Shown: in pieces, positions 25,616 to 39,481 of the stretch | Position numbering within the stretch: position 1 is the first letter of the stretch | Layout: every line of letters starts with the position of its first letter | DNA from: Fimbriosthenelais zetlandica | Taxonomy: Eukaryota | Reading direction: 5' to 3' | DNA: 64,000 bases | NCBI GenBank assembly: GCA_977030845.1 | Contig: OZ365114.1 | Coordinates: 18,848,001-18,912,000, forward strand | The notes under the pieces: generated by a model | Database searches by the model: none | Told to the model about the DNA's origin: nothing | The model's input: only the letters and a program-made list of their open reading frames with translations | Translations under genes and position numbers: made by a program

Positions 25616-25931
25616 TGACCATCACCTTGACCACACATATGTGAACCAGGAAGACCTTTCACCTCTCCCACCCTTCTCAAGGTTATTGACCACTCCTCAC
25701 TTTTGTCCACCAATTTGCCTCGTTTACATAACCCACTGTCCATCGATGACCACTTGACCTTCTCCTCCATGGAAGCAGCCCACAGACATGTGTTGCCCAT
25801 CTTCTGGTCATCCCTGGTCACTTCCGGTCAGTTCCCCCCTGCCAAGGGTCGCACCTCTTTCACAGTTGCCTCTGACCATTGGACATCTGGCTTGAGTGGA
25901 CTTTGAGTGATCTTTGACCACTCGAGTGACC
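25616..25931. promoter_or_regulatory. Nuclear-receptor half-site cluster downstream of Hey
   Basis: Eleven TGACC/GGTCA pentamers in 316 bp, including a degenerate DR4-DR4 at 25805-25830. Confidence 0.45.
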
Positions 25932-28900
25932 ACTCCCCAGGCAATGACAATATCTTTACCACCTCCGCCCCGCCACGGTTAAAGGGCCAGTGTGAAACTG
26001 CTAATAATTATTTTTCACCTTACATTTATTTTCACAACTCCGTGTGCTGCAGTTTTGCAATGCTCCAGTTCTAATTTGTGAATTTCAAATATACTAGATG
26101 AGCAGTATTTCTCAGTGCGCACATTTAGATTGTATATCTTTTCCTTATCCAAAATTCATGCGACGAGATTACAGGTGAAAATTGAATTGCACGAAAAGGT
26201 TATCTCGCAGTTTCTGTACCACTATTCCCGCCAATACTCCCAACGTTTTCCTGTGGACCGCACTTTGAAACTTTTGAGATGCACTTGGTTGGCCCACCTT
26301 GCGTGACTCGATTCACAGCTTCTGGATCCCCCGTGGTCAGATTGATTTTAAAAGGACCTACAGATGTCTATGTAGGACCATTGTTCATAATAACCCACCT
26401 CCCAACCGACAAATAGATTGTTTTCAATAGGTGTAAAATGCTTGCGACATCTTCGTTATCCAGTGAATGATTTTCCTTCTGATATTTTCTTTAATTTTAA
26501 GGCTCAGACCATTGGAATAATCACAGTGCCGCTTTTTGCTATAATCCATGACCCTATGAAGTGTCAAAGCTAATTATACTTGATGTGGTCACTTGCTAAT
26601 TAAATTAGCCCAACTGTCCACTGTTTATACTGCTAATTTCACATGAATCGCCAGTGCCACAATGAATGGTGTTATGCTTGGCTGACATCTTGAGTTAGCT
26701 CCAACACTCATGAAGACTTCCGCCCTCACTTGACCAAGGGGGTCACTCCCTTAAATCACCGTTTGGGGTGTGTCTCTGGCTTGCATGTCAAGCATGTGGT
26801 GGACTTTTTACATGAGTATACCCCTCCCACTTCACCGTACCTGATACTTCATACAGCACAGAAGGTAGGCAGTCGGTCACATGAAAGCTTATAAAGGAAA
26901 CAATGCTCATCTCACGCATGCTCTGGTCAAAGCTTCTCTGAGGGAAGGAATGACCTGAGGGCCTGAAGTAACGGAGCGAGGACCAAAAGCCTGGGTCGGG
27001 TTACCTTGATTAGAGGTTAGTGTTACAATAGGCGCTGACCAGATGGAACAGATTGACCAGTAGGCTCAACCCTCCCCGCAACATGTTCTTTTTGGCAAGA
27101 ACAACTGACATGGGGCCAATTATGCTGCCTCTCTGTGCTTGTGCAAAATATAAATCTTGTCTCTGGAAGGTATTGGAATAAAATCTCAACATGGCTAAGT
27201 CTTCTCCCAATGGAAACAAGGACATCTGCATGAAATAAGGTTCACATGACTGCTTGTATCTGTTCATAATACACAATGATTTCCACAGATAAACACATGG
27301 CTACTGATAAGATAAAGCGTAGATCTTGTTAAGACAACTGACACATATCCATTTTTATTAGCTATCGCGGACTTCTAAGGTGGCTATAGCATTGAAATAA
27401 TGACAGTTATATTGCTTTTAAAATATTTAATTTTCAAATATATCATTACAATATTGACTTCTGAAATGATTCAGATATCCCCTATCTCACGCGTCACCTC
27501 AACTAGAAGAATAGTGCCACCAGGCATTCTAATGGTCAGTTGGAGTGACCAGTGGCCAGTGAAGGTGTTTCATTCACCCTCACCCCGCCCCTACCTGGTG
27601 TCTATAGCTGACAATGACCACTGTCCGCCCTCATCCACAGGAGGCCTCTAATTATCTACATATAACGGCTTCCATTCTATATGCCAAACCTATATTTCCA
27701 ATACTGGCTAAATGTGCCCCTTGCCTCAGCTAATATTAGTTGAGTTCAGGATTGGTCTGGTATACAGCCAGTTCGGTAACTTGCTATATGGACAAGCTTG
27801 AGGGTTATTAGAGACTGTGGCAATTCTAACTTGAAGGTGTGAATCTTTCTATTGTTGTGTAGGTGGAAACTGTCAGTGAGGACCCTCCGCTGTAAATCAT
27901 ACATGACCGATTCATTCAACGAAGCGTGACGGATGGTCACGCACACCTGGGCGCCTCATTGATCAATATTGTCAAGCTTTCACTCCCCATAAAATGACCA
28001 GATCAAGCTACCCTCCCCCACCCCCGCACACCCACATCACTGAAATATAACGTATTTGAATGGGGGAAAAAAGATCTTAGGACCAGAATAACTGGGTCTT
28101 GGTCCCTGAAAAGATGAAAATTTGTTTCCATTGCATTTGGTACCATGAATCGACAGCTTTGAGCCCGGGTTTGAAAGCAATGGACACTTTGCAGTTAGTT
28201 ATTTTAACAGATTTTAAGGAAGGCTGAACTAGTTGCAGCCACATGAGAGTTGGGAATCTCTCATATTATTAGGGTCATGCCTTTGATTGGGTTCCAGTCT
28301 TTAGTTCTTTCAAATACAGAGGTCACTTTCTGCACCCACTGACATTTTTTAATATCAGGTTTCATGCAAAGACCATAGCTCAGGGACTGGTAAATACTCG
28401 GCTACACAGCATAAACCATATGGCCAGCTCGGAATTAGGTCTGTTGCTGTCTAACCAGTCCTTGTTTCACCATAAAACACAAGCTTTCTTCTGTCCACGC
28501 CTCAACTAACATACCATTCACGATGGAGGGACACCTATTTCCGGTGGAGCACGCGCATTGGCGATCTGGCCGAACGCCATGGATTTATGAACCGTGTAGC
28601 AGCCATGCTAGGCCAGGACCCAGAGGCTATTGTCTTGTACAAAGATAAAAAAATATAATCTGTACACACATGTGCCATGGAAGTGTTCACGACACATTAA
28701 CCTTGATATTGGTGATTTGGACTCTTTGTCTGCCCGGCTAATTGGTGTGCGGATCACGCAGATTGAAAGGCTTATTGGCACCAAAAGAGAACCCCCCAAA
28801 CCAGTTGATGGACGAGATATGACGGAGATTTACTATTTGTGCTTACTATGGGATATATTGTTTACTACGGTGCTGTGACAGGACCTCATTTATTACAACC

Positions 28901-30763
28901 ATCATGCAGGATCATGGGGATACCTTTTGTCTTACTTCTACTTACAAAGACTCGAATCACCTGGGGTGACAAATTATACACCAAACAAAAGATACACCAA
29001 ATTGTGATAATGTGTTTTTCTGTGAAGGATATTTTCTACAATTTGTGCTAAAAGACCAAACTGAGGTGAAATCCTATGGAATTACCTAAAAGTCACGTCG
29101 CCCCACCCTGTATTGAAAAACTTACCGGTAAGTTGGGACTCATTTCATAATTGTTCAATTTTAAAATATACATTATAATACAGGTCTCTGGACATTCTTT
29201 TTATACCGTATGTACATTTTGTGAAATACTTGTGTACATGTATGTATAACAGATGATATAACGGAAAGTTTGAAATGTGGAATGGACTAAATCTATTGAT
29301 GTACTACGTGTGTGTCTGTGAACAGATTTCTTTGCGTAAAATGTGGAGCCCGTGTTGATAATGTCATCCTTGTAGGCCCCTACAGTTTTTTTTCTCAACT
29401 GAATTAAGTTGTGTCTTCACTAATGACTACAACAAATGTTACTGGTAATAAAATCTAATGAAGCAGAAGTGAAAATGTCCTTTCATGGAGTTTTTAAAAG
29501 TTTGGTCATTATGTTCTCGGGGTATAAATCAAGTTTTATGTTCCTCTGGCTGCTGGTAGGCGTGGTTGAAATTTACTAAAGCTAAAAAACACAATATGAC
29601 TTCATTATCATTGAATATGGAATAATGCATTTCTCTATGGTTTTCACGACTTAAAATTTAAATATGCTCCAAATACCACTTCTAAAGATCGTTGATATGA
29701 CAAACCGCAGGGTTTAATCTCAAAGATTTCCTCGCTTTTTTTAATAACAAATCAGCGTCTGTCATTCTTGCCATTTTCTCTGGGTCGTCAGGCCACACAC
29801 AGCGCATGTCTTTAGCGTTCCCTTGGTGACCAACTGTTATACAACATGGCGTCTTGATAAAAAGCTCGTTTACCATTGACTAATCTTGCCTTATCTTGTC
29901 ACATGGTCATGCCGGACGTGACGTCATGAAAAGATCCCTTGGTGTCACGACATTGCTACGCGGGCGGTGACGACCTCTGCTGGCAACTGTCAATCTATCA
30001 AAAATATTTCAATGAAGGGACTTTGTGTGCAGTCACTTTGTCGGTGGTAGACTGTCGGTGGTGAGATTTTAATAGTCAGACCAGAGTGAAATGTATCTGT
30101 AACATTTCCTTGTCCCCTAAGTAGCCTGCAATAATGCATTGGCACATGTGTGGTCCGCTTAATTTCTATACACATCGGGCTGAGAGTATAATCACTTCTG
30201 TATTCTAGTTCCCGGGGAATGTCTGAGAACATCTGTAGGATGTGAGACATGTTTAGCATGCGTGCTCAACCCTGCTTTTGCAATGGTTTTATTAACGTCC
30301 TTGGTGCCTTTGAAGGTCGAGTAACAAGACTTTAATTTGTGTCTCTCGATGCCCCAACAAAAGCTTCCTGGGTGAGAGGACAAAAGACATGGCGATACGA
30401 GCGTGGTAAACGACAAACATTACGAGTAGAGGTCATCAATTACGTCGTGATGATGACGTCAGGTCAATACCAAGGTCACAGCCGTGACGGTCCGCGTGGG
30501 AACTCGGCGAGAGACTTGCATGCCAATGACGATGTTCATGATGTGCACGGTTAAAGCCATATGAAAGGCAAATTAACAGAATATTATAATCCTGATTCAT
30601 TTGCATTACACTGCCCCATCCCACTGATTTTGGTTCGCCCATGCTATGCTGGGCATGGCCTGCATTGCCAATTTTGGAATTCAAGTGTGCATCACATCTC
30701 TCAATGGAAATGAACAATCCTTCGAGAAACTGCTGCTATAACCTTTAAAACAGTATTAACGTC

Positions 30764-30797
30764 AGGTTCCGCCCGGCTTCGAACCCAGGACCTTTTG
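30764..30797 (-). pseudogene. 3'-half fragment of a tRNA-Val-like sequence (tRNA/SINE remnant)
   Basis: The minus strand reads AAAAGGTCCTGGGTTCGAAGCCGGGCGGAACC, close to the eukaryotic tRNA-Val T-arm/acceptor sequence AAAGGTCCCCGGTTCGAAACCGGGCGGAAAC. No matching 5' half is visible. Confidence 0.55.
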
Positions 30798-33049
30798 GGT
30801 CTGCAGCTGCAATTGTGCAAGTAAATTCCCTCCAAAGGCTGAGGCGATTGAGTTCATTTATAATGTCATCTTCACCATCTACGTGATCATGCCTCTTTCA
30901 GGGTTATATGTCGTGGAATTGATAGGGTTCTAACTGCAGTTTTGAGCAAATCATAATAATTGATCAATTATCAATTTGAATCAGTAATACTTTCCACTAG
31001 AACTGCACGGCATGTTTGCTGGCCCGCATGTCTGCTGACTGTTACCTGAGATTACATGATAAATGATGTTTATGTTATCCAACATTTGTTATTCTAACAC
31101 TACTTTCATCTCTAATTATCTCTAAGTCCCAGACTACTGTATGTCTGAAGGCTGAAATCTGCAGGTAAAAGGTCATAAACGGCAGAACCTGGCCATGAAA
31201 GGAAGAACAAACTTCCCAGGCTTGTTATCAGAAATTAGAATCGACACATGCTTCCATCTGGGGAAGCGATTTCCAATCAGGCAGAAAGTTAATGTTGTTG
31301 ATGTTGCGTAATTGGTCTCTGAATGTGGGAGAAAGTTCCAACCTCTTTTGTCTAGACCCATGCAGGGTGTATAAATAAGTTTCCGATTTAATCGATATTT
31401 CAAAAGTGGATTTTCCCACGAATTTATTCGTGTTGATAATCTAAAACTGAAACCACGGGGGTCTTACATCCAAAACATGAAATTAAAAACGTTTCAGAAA
31501 GGTTTTCTCTTTTTGCTTTCCACCCTTTGAGGATTTTGAGAATTTCTTACCAACAACTAGCTTCAGGTATTTGCTTTGACTCCCAAAGAATATGTTTTTA
31601 CCAAATGAATTGATAAAGCTTTCAAATCCAAAATGTTATGGGTGCACATTGTACGATAATTTCATTTTAAAGTTGAAACAAATGACGCATTATGCCGATA
31701 GATATAGTAGAGGCAAAACATGATATTTATATTTCTAAGAAATACTAATTCTTGATATTATCAAAGAGTTTTCATGAAATGCAGATAATTTAAACTTATT
31801 TCCAAACATACCACGTACTGCTTCCATTGAAGAAACTTGCGTGTTAAGAATGATGTTTAATGAACCTTGTCATAATAGGAGTAGGCAGAAGGCTTCTTTT
31901 CACTACAATCCTGTTGCTCTTTCGTTACTCCTTACTGTGTAATCTTAAGATTAACCACGCCCCAGTGCCCCTGGCGGGCTACCCTTAAATGCTACCCTTA
32001 GCACCCCCTTCACCATTCCTCCAAACCATAAGCCGACGCCACCTGGAAGGGGCAAAGTTAATTACCCCGAGGTGTGAAAATTGTGATTTTTCCAATTGTT
32101 GATTACACAGGTGTTACAAGTAGCCTGACTATACTTGCCCAGCTTCAGGCCTGCTCTGGGCAGATGGTCTTTTCGTGTGGGACATAGTCCGTTTACTCCA
32201 GCCCTCTATTTACATGCTTGGAACATTTAATATGGGAACGCCCCAAACATAACGGTAACATGTTTTTAGTGGGCTCTGACATGCATTCTCACTCATGTGG
32301 CCTGCTTCAATGGATTCCACTGCATGAAATTAATGACATATCTGACATGTGTTTCATTTAAATTAATCACATTTTAGTTGGCATTTGGGTTGAGCCTTTC
32401 ATTTTGAGGTTACAATAGGAACAATGCCTCTGGGAGGTTCCTGCCATGTTAATGAATGTTATGCTCTGTCTTGGTAAGCTGAGCTGGCGCATCTTTTGAA
32501 ATGGGAGCGTCATTAATCTCTCTGATTGATGACTCCTGCTATATCATGGCATCCTCAGCAGATAAACCTATATAGCTCGATTTTATTCTCTGGTACATAT
32601 CCCAGATGATATTTTCCCATGTGAACTATTTTTTATAGCATTTGTAACTTTTCTTGGCTAGCACTATTCATTAGTCATATCAGGTATACTTGTGTTTCAC
32701 AATTAATTATTAACAACAATAATCTCTATCATTCTGTGGAAAAAATGCAATGCATTACATGCGAACTTTCCACTTTGTTTCAATAGATATAATAGCTCAT
32801 ACTAATGGAAAAATAATAATAAACTTCTGATCTTCATTTTTCATATTTTTCTTTCGATATAATTTTGTTGCATATAAGAATCAATATGTAAATAATTATA
32901 TAACGTTAGTCCCTAATGTACATCAAACCGCAATGTTTAATGTAGCAGATGTGATTTGTCGAGATGATTATCATGGAGTAGTTGGGTATAATTATTTTGC
33001 CTGTGCTACACCACCTTTACTACACGTGTATTTATTCACAATGTTACAA

Positions 33050-33790
33050 AGCCACATAGCGCCGTTCTCAACAGATGGTACACGTGGTCGCCGTAGGTGG
33101 CGCAATGCTCGCTCGTGCGCGCCACCTGCCCGACGCGTCCCGCACCCATCGCCGATCAATCGCCGATCAATCGGCCACTTCCTCCCGGGCGACGTCTGGC
33201 CTCGCTCTGACCGTCCCAAGGACGTTGATTGACGTCCGGTAGAACAGTGGGGAACTTAATCTAATATAGGGCCTACATACCTAAACAGGGTATTTTTGTT
33301 TCTCTCAATTGTAGTAGACAGAAATTACCCACAAAATTTACTTTCTTTGCCATTAAAAAGGCAGAATATCGGCCATTAAGGCTACAAATTCAGGTAGGCC
33401 ACTCCTATAATAAGGAGTTAATGATTTAGTTTATGATAATTTGTACCCTATATGTATTGCTAGAAACCTTTTATATCTTGGGAAAATTGACGGTTGGTGG
33501 GTCTCACAGAATCATGTGGAGAGGCAATTTATATGATTCATGTAAGACATAATTACTTTACAAACGATGATTTCAAATAATTCTGTTCCGCCCCTTGTAT
33601 ATAGCCTCAACAGCTCCCCCATGTTCAAGTGTTGACCACCGTTTACTCAGAGCCCATGCGTACGTCATTGCTAGTGCCCACGTGATCATGCACGTGGTTC
33701 ACCGTGGATCGGCGAGATGGCTGACGTCAGGACCGCCGGTCTACAAAATGGTGGCTTCCGAGAGAGCGTGCGGCACCCAATGGGTGACCC
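33050..33790. promoter_or_regulatory. Pair of CpG-rich islands (33050-33240 and 33640-33790)
   Basis: CACGTG at 33081, 33678 and about 33691; perfect CRE at 33722; ETS-like CACTTCCT near 33176; CTCF-like cores at 33090 (+) and 33119 (-). Confidence 0.45.
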
Positions 33791-36700
33791 ATGGTGTAAC
33801 TGTTTAACAAGTGGCATAACAGAACCAAAGATATGGATAGATTCCTTTACACTTCATGTTCTTTATGAAATCTGGTTATTTCTACCCTGAGCAGTGGTGT
33901 TTTCGATTATAGATTCATTTGTTTGGGAGTTATAAAAGCGAGTAGGTAGGCCTACATCATTGTATTACCTTGGCCCCAGTTATTGTTGAATATAGATGCC
34001 TACCAAGTAGCCTTGTTGCAAGATTTCATTAATGAAATTCAAATAGTTTAAAGATTTATAATTGGATATATTTCAATGTGTCCAACATAGACAGACAAAG
34101 TTTACTGGTTATCATAGCCCATTCGTATTAATGAAGCATTAATAAGCATCCCATTTACCCTGTATGGGTCTGTTGTCTGCAAATAATCTTATGCTAAATT
34201 ATGCAACAGACAGTTCATCATTTTCTAACCGGCCGTGGATTATGAAATGAATACAGTTAATGGTGAATATACATATCCCCAGGCATGTGACTAATGAGGG
34301 GTAGATATGCTCTGATGTACATAACCAAACCATTGTTTTCCTCATAGCATTCAGAACGTTACAAACCCCTTTGTCAAATCCTCTTTGGACTAATACTTTC
34401 AATCAGTACGTCACCTGTATGCCTCTTTAATACTACTTTAATTAATATTGCCAGGTATCACTGGTCTGTCTATCCAATCTCTTGTCTGGTCAATGCATTA
34501 CATTCTAGTTATAACACGACCACTATTATAAGATTCACTCAAGGCACCCCCGCAGAAATTAGCATCTTATTAGGCAAAGGTAACATGGCAAAAGAAGGTC
34601 CTGGGACCCCACAGAATGCCTACAACATTTTCACACCAGGACAGATGGTGGCCTCCACATCAAAGGTGGGCCGGTCTTTGACGCGCTGGCCGCGCTTCCT
34701 GGTAGAGAGCCTAGAGGTGGGCTGGTGGGCTTTGATGTTAGCAAATCACGTTATTTAGCCTCGTAACGGTCGTTGATTCCAAGTCTGAATAGGCATGCTC
34801 AGGAATCCAATTGATTAAACATGTCTTTAAATTCCTACAGAAAGAAATATTCATAAAGTAAAATATCAAGGAAATCTTGGCAGACCTAGATTGGGAAAGC
34901 CTACTCTTGTTGTATTTCCCCGCAATCAATATTCACCAAATCACTAGCAGTGATACCATCACATAATGGAATATGGCAAGAATATTATTTCTTCATTACA
35001 CAATATAGATCCAAAAGTTTTTTACAGACAAATATTGGAATATTGCATCGATTAATAGTTCTGCCCATTGGTTGAATGAAGCAGCTCTATATTATGGTGA
35101 ATGGATCCCGTGTCATCCGCCCATTTTCATAACCTACTCGCATAATAGTTCATCCTTTGTCTAGGAGGGGTGACAGCTCTTAGTTCGACGAACAAAGCCA
35201 TTAATATGCCTATGTCAGACATCGATCTCCATTCGTCAAAGGTTTTATGACCAAATCATCAGGGGAAAAAATCAAAGTCAATGAAACCTCGAGAAAAATT
35301 AAGAGGAATTCACATATTATTTTTCCTCATTATCCCACTTTTACACCATGGCTTCCACACTTCCCAAGTTAGATTTGGTTAATTTTGTCCGATTCTAAAC
35401 TAGATCCCTAGTTTGCACCAAAACACAGGGATCTAGCCCACCCCTTCCCCCTGTTCTCCTATCCCCCACCCCTGCCATGTTGGAGACACAGTCCCCATTG
35501 TTTGCCCTGGCCAGGTGCGTCTCCTGCGCACGCGCAGGCGCGTTGTTAAGGGGAGCGTGACGCGTGTCACCCTGGCGGCGAACGGCGTTACTACACGTGC
35601 ATGGAGCATGCGCGGCAGGAGCAATGACCCGTGACTGGCGGGGTCATGCCAAATTTGAGCCTGCTTCCCCTCGAATTTATTCCGAACAAGTGCATTTCTA
35701 AAATCTATTAGGTCAACATAAACTTTTATCTCTGAGATTGAGCCTTAATGGCAGGCAGCAAATTGGTGGGTTCCAAGTCCGTGCGAATTGTGAATTCCCA
35801 GCCTGACACTTTTATGGACAGTTCCACTAATATTTTTATGAATTTGCGGCGCCATTTTGAAGATGCCATTTGGATGGATGATTGTAATCATCCAGGCACT
35901 CGAAATTTTTAAAACATTTTTCAAATGGAGGTCCAATCTATGACATGTTGAAAAACTGGTAATTGTCAATGAAGTAGTGACGAGAACCGGCGTCAGTAAA
36001 AATGACACGACCAGAAAGCGCCACCAAGGGATTTAATCTGTCAGGTAGAAACCTTATCTACACGTAATGACATCGATGATGGGGAATGGACTATCCCGTA
36101 TAGACCCCAAAATAGACGATTCTATTAGTCACTAGATGCATAACCGGATTGAATTTGATCTGACCTTTTGAACGAACCGTATGACAAAAATAATTTCCAA
36201 TTTACAACGGCGACAAAAGACGATTAGTGACTGCTTCCAAGCGATTACCTCCCGGTGACCTTCTGGACATGACGTAACCCGGAAGTAGATTATGACGTCA
36301 TGATGACAAAGGCAGTGCTGATTAAAGTCATCCTAGCTGTGTGAATGTTAGATAAGACTGACGGACTAATAGACGCCCTGTAGCTGGCTGTAGTAAGGAT
36401 CAGATTTAATGGTTAATGAAGTGTTACCTATGATCCAGAGGGGGTTTCTTCAATTAAACCCTCGAAAGTCCAAGGCACTAACTTTGAAAACACAGAATAT
36501 ATGAATTTTGAATTTGAATTAGATTAATTGCTAAATTGCTATCCACAAGGCATGCACAGAACTTTGTACTAGACTAATCTTCATGACGATCGTTGCATTT
36601 TTATAGTTCATGTTTTTCATCGCCATATGCATTGGCCCATTTCCATATACTACTTCACCAAGTAGTATATAGAATCGGGTGGTTCCAAAACCCCCAGCCT

Positions 36701-39481
36701 TTCCACAACCCTAGCCTATATCTTCTGTAAAACTTTATACATTTTTTATCAACCCTATTTTCCAGCATAAAACTGTCTAGCGGAATATTTAAAAAATCTT
36801 TATGGAATGGAACTTGATCATGTGTGTTTATTATCGGGGTAACCTGTTTCCCTGTCACAGAGAATGTGGCACTGCCTGACACGCCGCACCTGCTCCTCTC
36901 CTGCTCCCATCCCCCTTTACCCCTGGCTCCTCTCCTGGTGTACCATGCATCCTGTCATTCTATAAACCATGCACCCCCTATCTCAACCTCCACCCCTAAC
37001 CCCCTGCACGGATGGATGGGGGGTACTTCGTTTCTTTGCTTCGTGGTTTATTCACTATCCTTGGTAGCTAAAATGGAGGGACATGTATAGGGAGTCTCCC
37101 CCCACCCCTCACACTGATTAGCATCCAGCTTCAGTGCCCACTACACAGGTGCCAGGGATCCCCGTGAAAGGCAGGCACCTGTATCTAGGAGACACAATTA
37201 GTGTCACGGCCTCCCGACAAGTGGTGTCTAGTGGACATCATTTGGCATTCTCTAAATATGATTATTGTCATTGGTGGGAGGCTGACACGGGGAGTGCCAT
37301 CTGGAGAAAGGTTTACTATTAATCTGGATTGAAAAACAGAATGATTCAATTTGTGAAAAAATGGATTAGGAGTAGAGAAACATGCCATCTTCCTCTGAAC
37401 AATAGTATGGAATTATGGACTCTTATTCTTAATGACAAATATTATGCTTAATATATATATATATGCATAAACTCATTAAATCTATGCATGATGACTTAAC
37501 TGTTTAGATAAAATATACTAACATAGGACTAGTAGAGATCCAGAAAATGTACTTTCGTATGCATATCTTTTCACATCAGTTTCACTTTAATAAACTACAA
37601 ATCTAGACTAAAATCACTAATTGGATCCCTATGCCTGCTCTTACCTTCCCTATCGTCCTGGGCTGCCAAGCCATGAGCAGTCAGGCCACCACTAATGTGC
37701 CACTTCTCGGATAATTCCTGGCATATCAATTCTAGGCACATTCATCAGACAGCCATAAATCACACAAACAAAGGTTTTTGTGACGGACCCCACTGCACCT
37801 GGCCTGCGGTGACACGAGGCCTTCCCCCTCCACCCAGCCCCCCTTATTGACACACATTGACACCACTCTTCTGACACCAATCTATTGACTCTCTCTCTCT
37901 CTCTCACTCACTGACACGCAGATTTCCTGGAAGATTTTAGCCAGGAAGATAAACAGGTGGATGACAATTACTCTCCCATGAACCTGTGCATTAGTCCCAA
38001 TTGTTGTGTTGATAGTGAGATGAGAATAGTGGAAATGTGCAACCATTGAAAATACACCTGCCTGGACCTATTTTCTATTATGGTATCTATCCGTATATAC
38101 ATAAAATGGTTAATGGTGATTATTGCATTAACTATTTTTGCTAAAATATGCGTATTCAAAGTATTCCAATGAAATTCCTACCAAAATATAGACCAAAGCT
38201 ATATAATTATTATATGACATCTTATCAAAACGAATTGTATAGTAAAATTGATAATTCCTCTCATTGTAGCATATCAGTTCTAAAGTTAACTTTGGTACTT
38301 TAAGTCAACCATTCTTCAATAATACTATATGAGATAACAAAGTGAAAAACTAAAACAGAATTGGAAAAAGTCACCCTCGAAAGCTTAATAACTCAAATCG
38401 GAGATCCATATTCTGCGGAATCTAAATTCCATCAGTCTTATTTCCGTCTACAGTTATTCATTGATATGATAGGACAGGGTAGGTGTTTAATTGAATCTGG
38501 GAACAAACAGAGTAAACAAAATGGCGCACATCAAAGCCTCCGCCCTCTTTCATGTGCCCGTGACTGAGCGACGTTGACACACACGTACAGCGCACGTTGC
38601 GGATGTCCGGCAGCCGACAAACCCACGTCGCCCACGTCACCCACGAGAGGTCCTCCGTCATATGACGAACACTCCTCTAAATACATAATTATTCTTATAT
38701 ATTTTATTGTATATTATTATGTGAAACATTTTACATTTTAGGTCGAAGTACAGAATATGAATACTGCCCTAAATGTCATTGGAAAACAAAAAGATTCGGA
38801 ATTGTGACTGCTTCAATATTCATGCAAATGGACTTGTTGTCGATTATAATAGTTTTCCGTAAATTTTGCATTGTAATATAATGTGCACAATTATATTTTC
38901 AGAATGAAAATCAACCTCGCCTTCTTCATGGTTGGGTGAATGTTGGCTGTGCCACGGAGCTGGAACAACAATACTATACGGGTTCCACATGACTGGCTTC
39001 TATAGCAGTGGACAATGATGCATGTCCCCCCGGTGGTTGCACCTGGTTCTATCCCCCAGCACTACTTCTCACTCCACATCCCCCGCTTCCTTCCATATCC
39101 CCTTCCCATAAAGGTAGATCTAGATTTTGATACTTGTTAATTTCTCGCCTGTCGTTTTGTGTATGGCTATGACTATTTTCATTAGACGCATAATATTGTA
39201 TGTTAAGGGAAATACTGTATAGTATTTAGTGTATGTATTATATTTGATGTTCTTTTGGTTTTTGATAATTGACTATCATTAGTTTGTATATTTGCCTTTG
39301 GATAAGATAAGATAGGCTATGCGCAGCTGCCATCTACACACACTCTTTCTGATATATACGCAGCAATTATTTATATATTTACCTTACAATTCTACTTGAA
39401 AGTCCATATTTTCGCTGGCTGTTGTTGAGGACTGCAAATTACTTTTCTCGAATTCCATTTACTCTTGCCACTTTATCCAGA

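Noticed and set aside
38990-39113. Pro/Cys-containing frame AVDNDACPPGGCTWFYPP.. ending at AAG|GTAGAT
   Set aside because: It is preceded by an in-frame stop, and no acceptor gives a phase compatible with the neighbouring exons.
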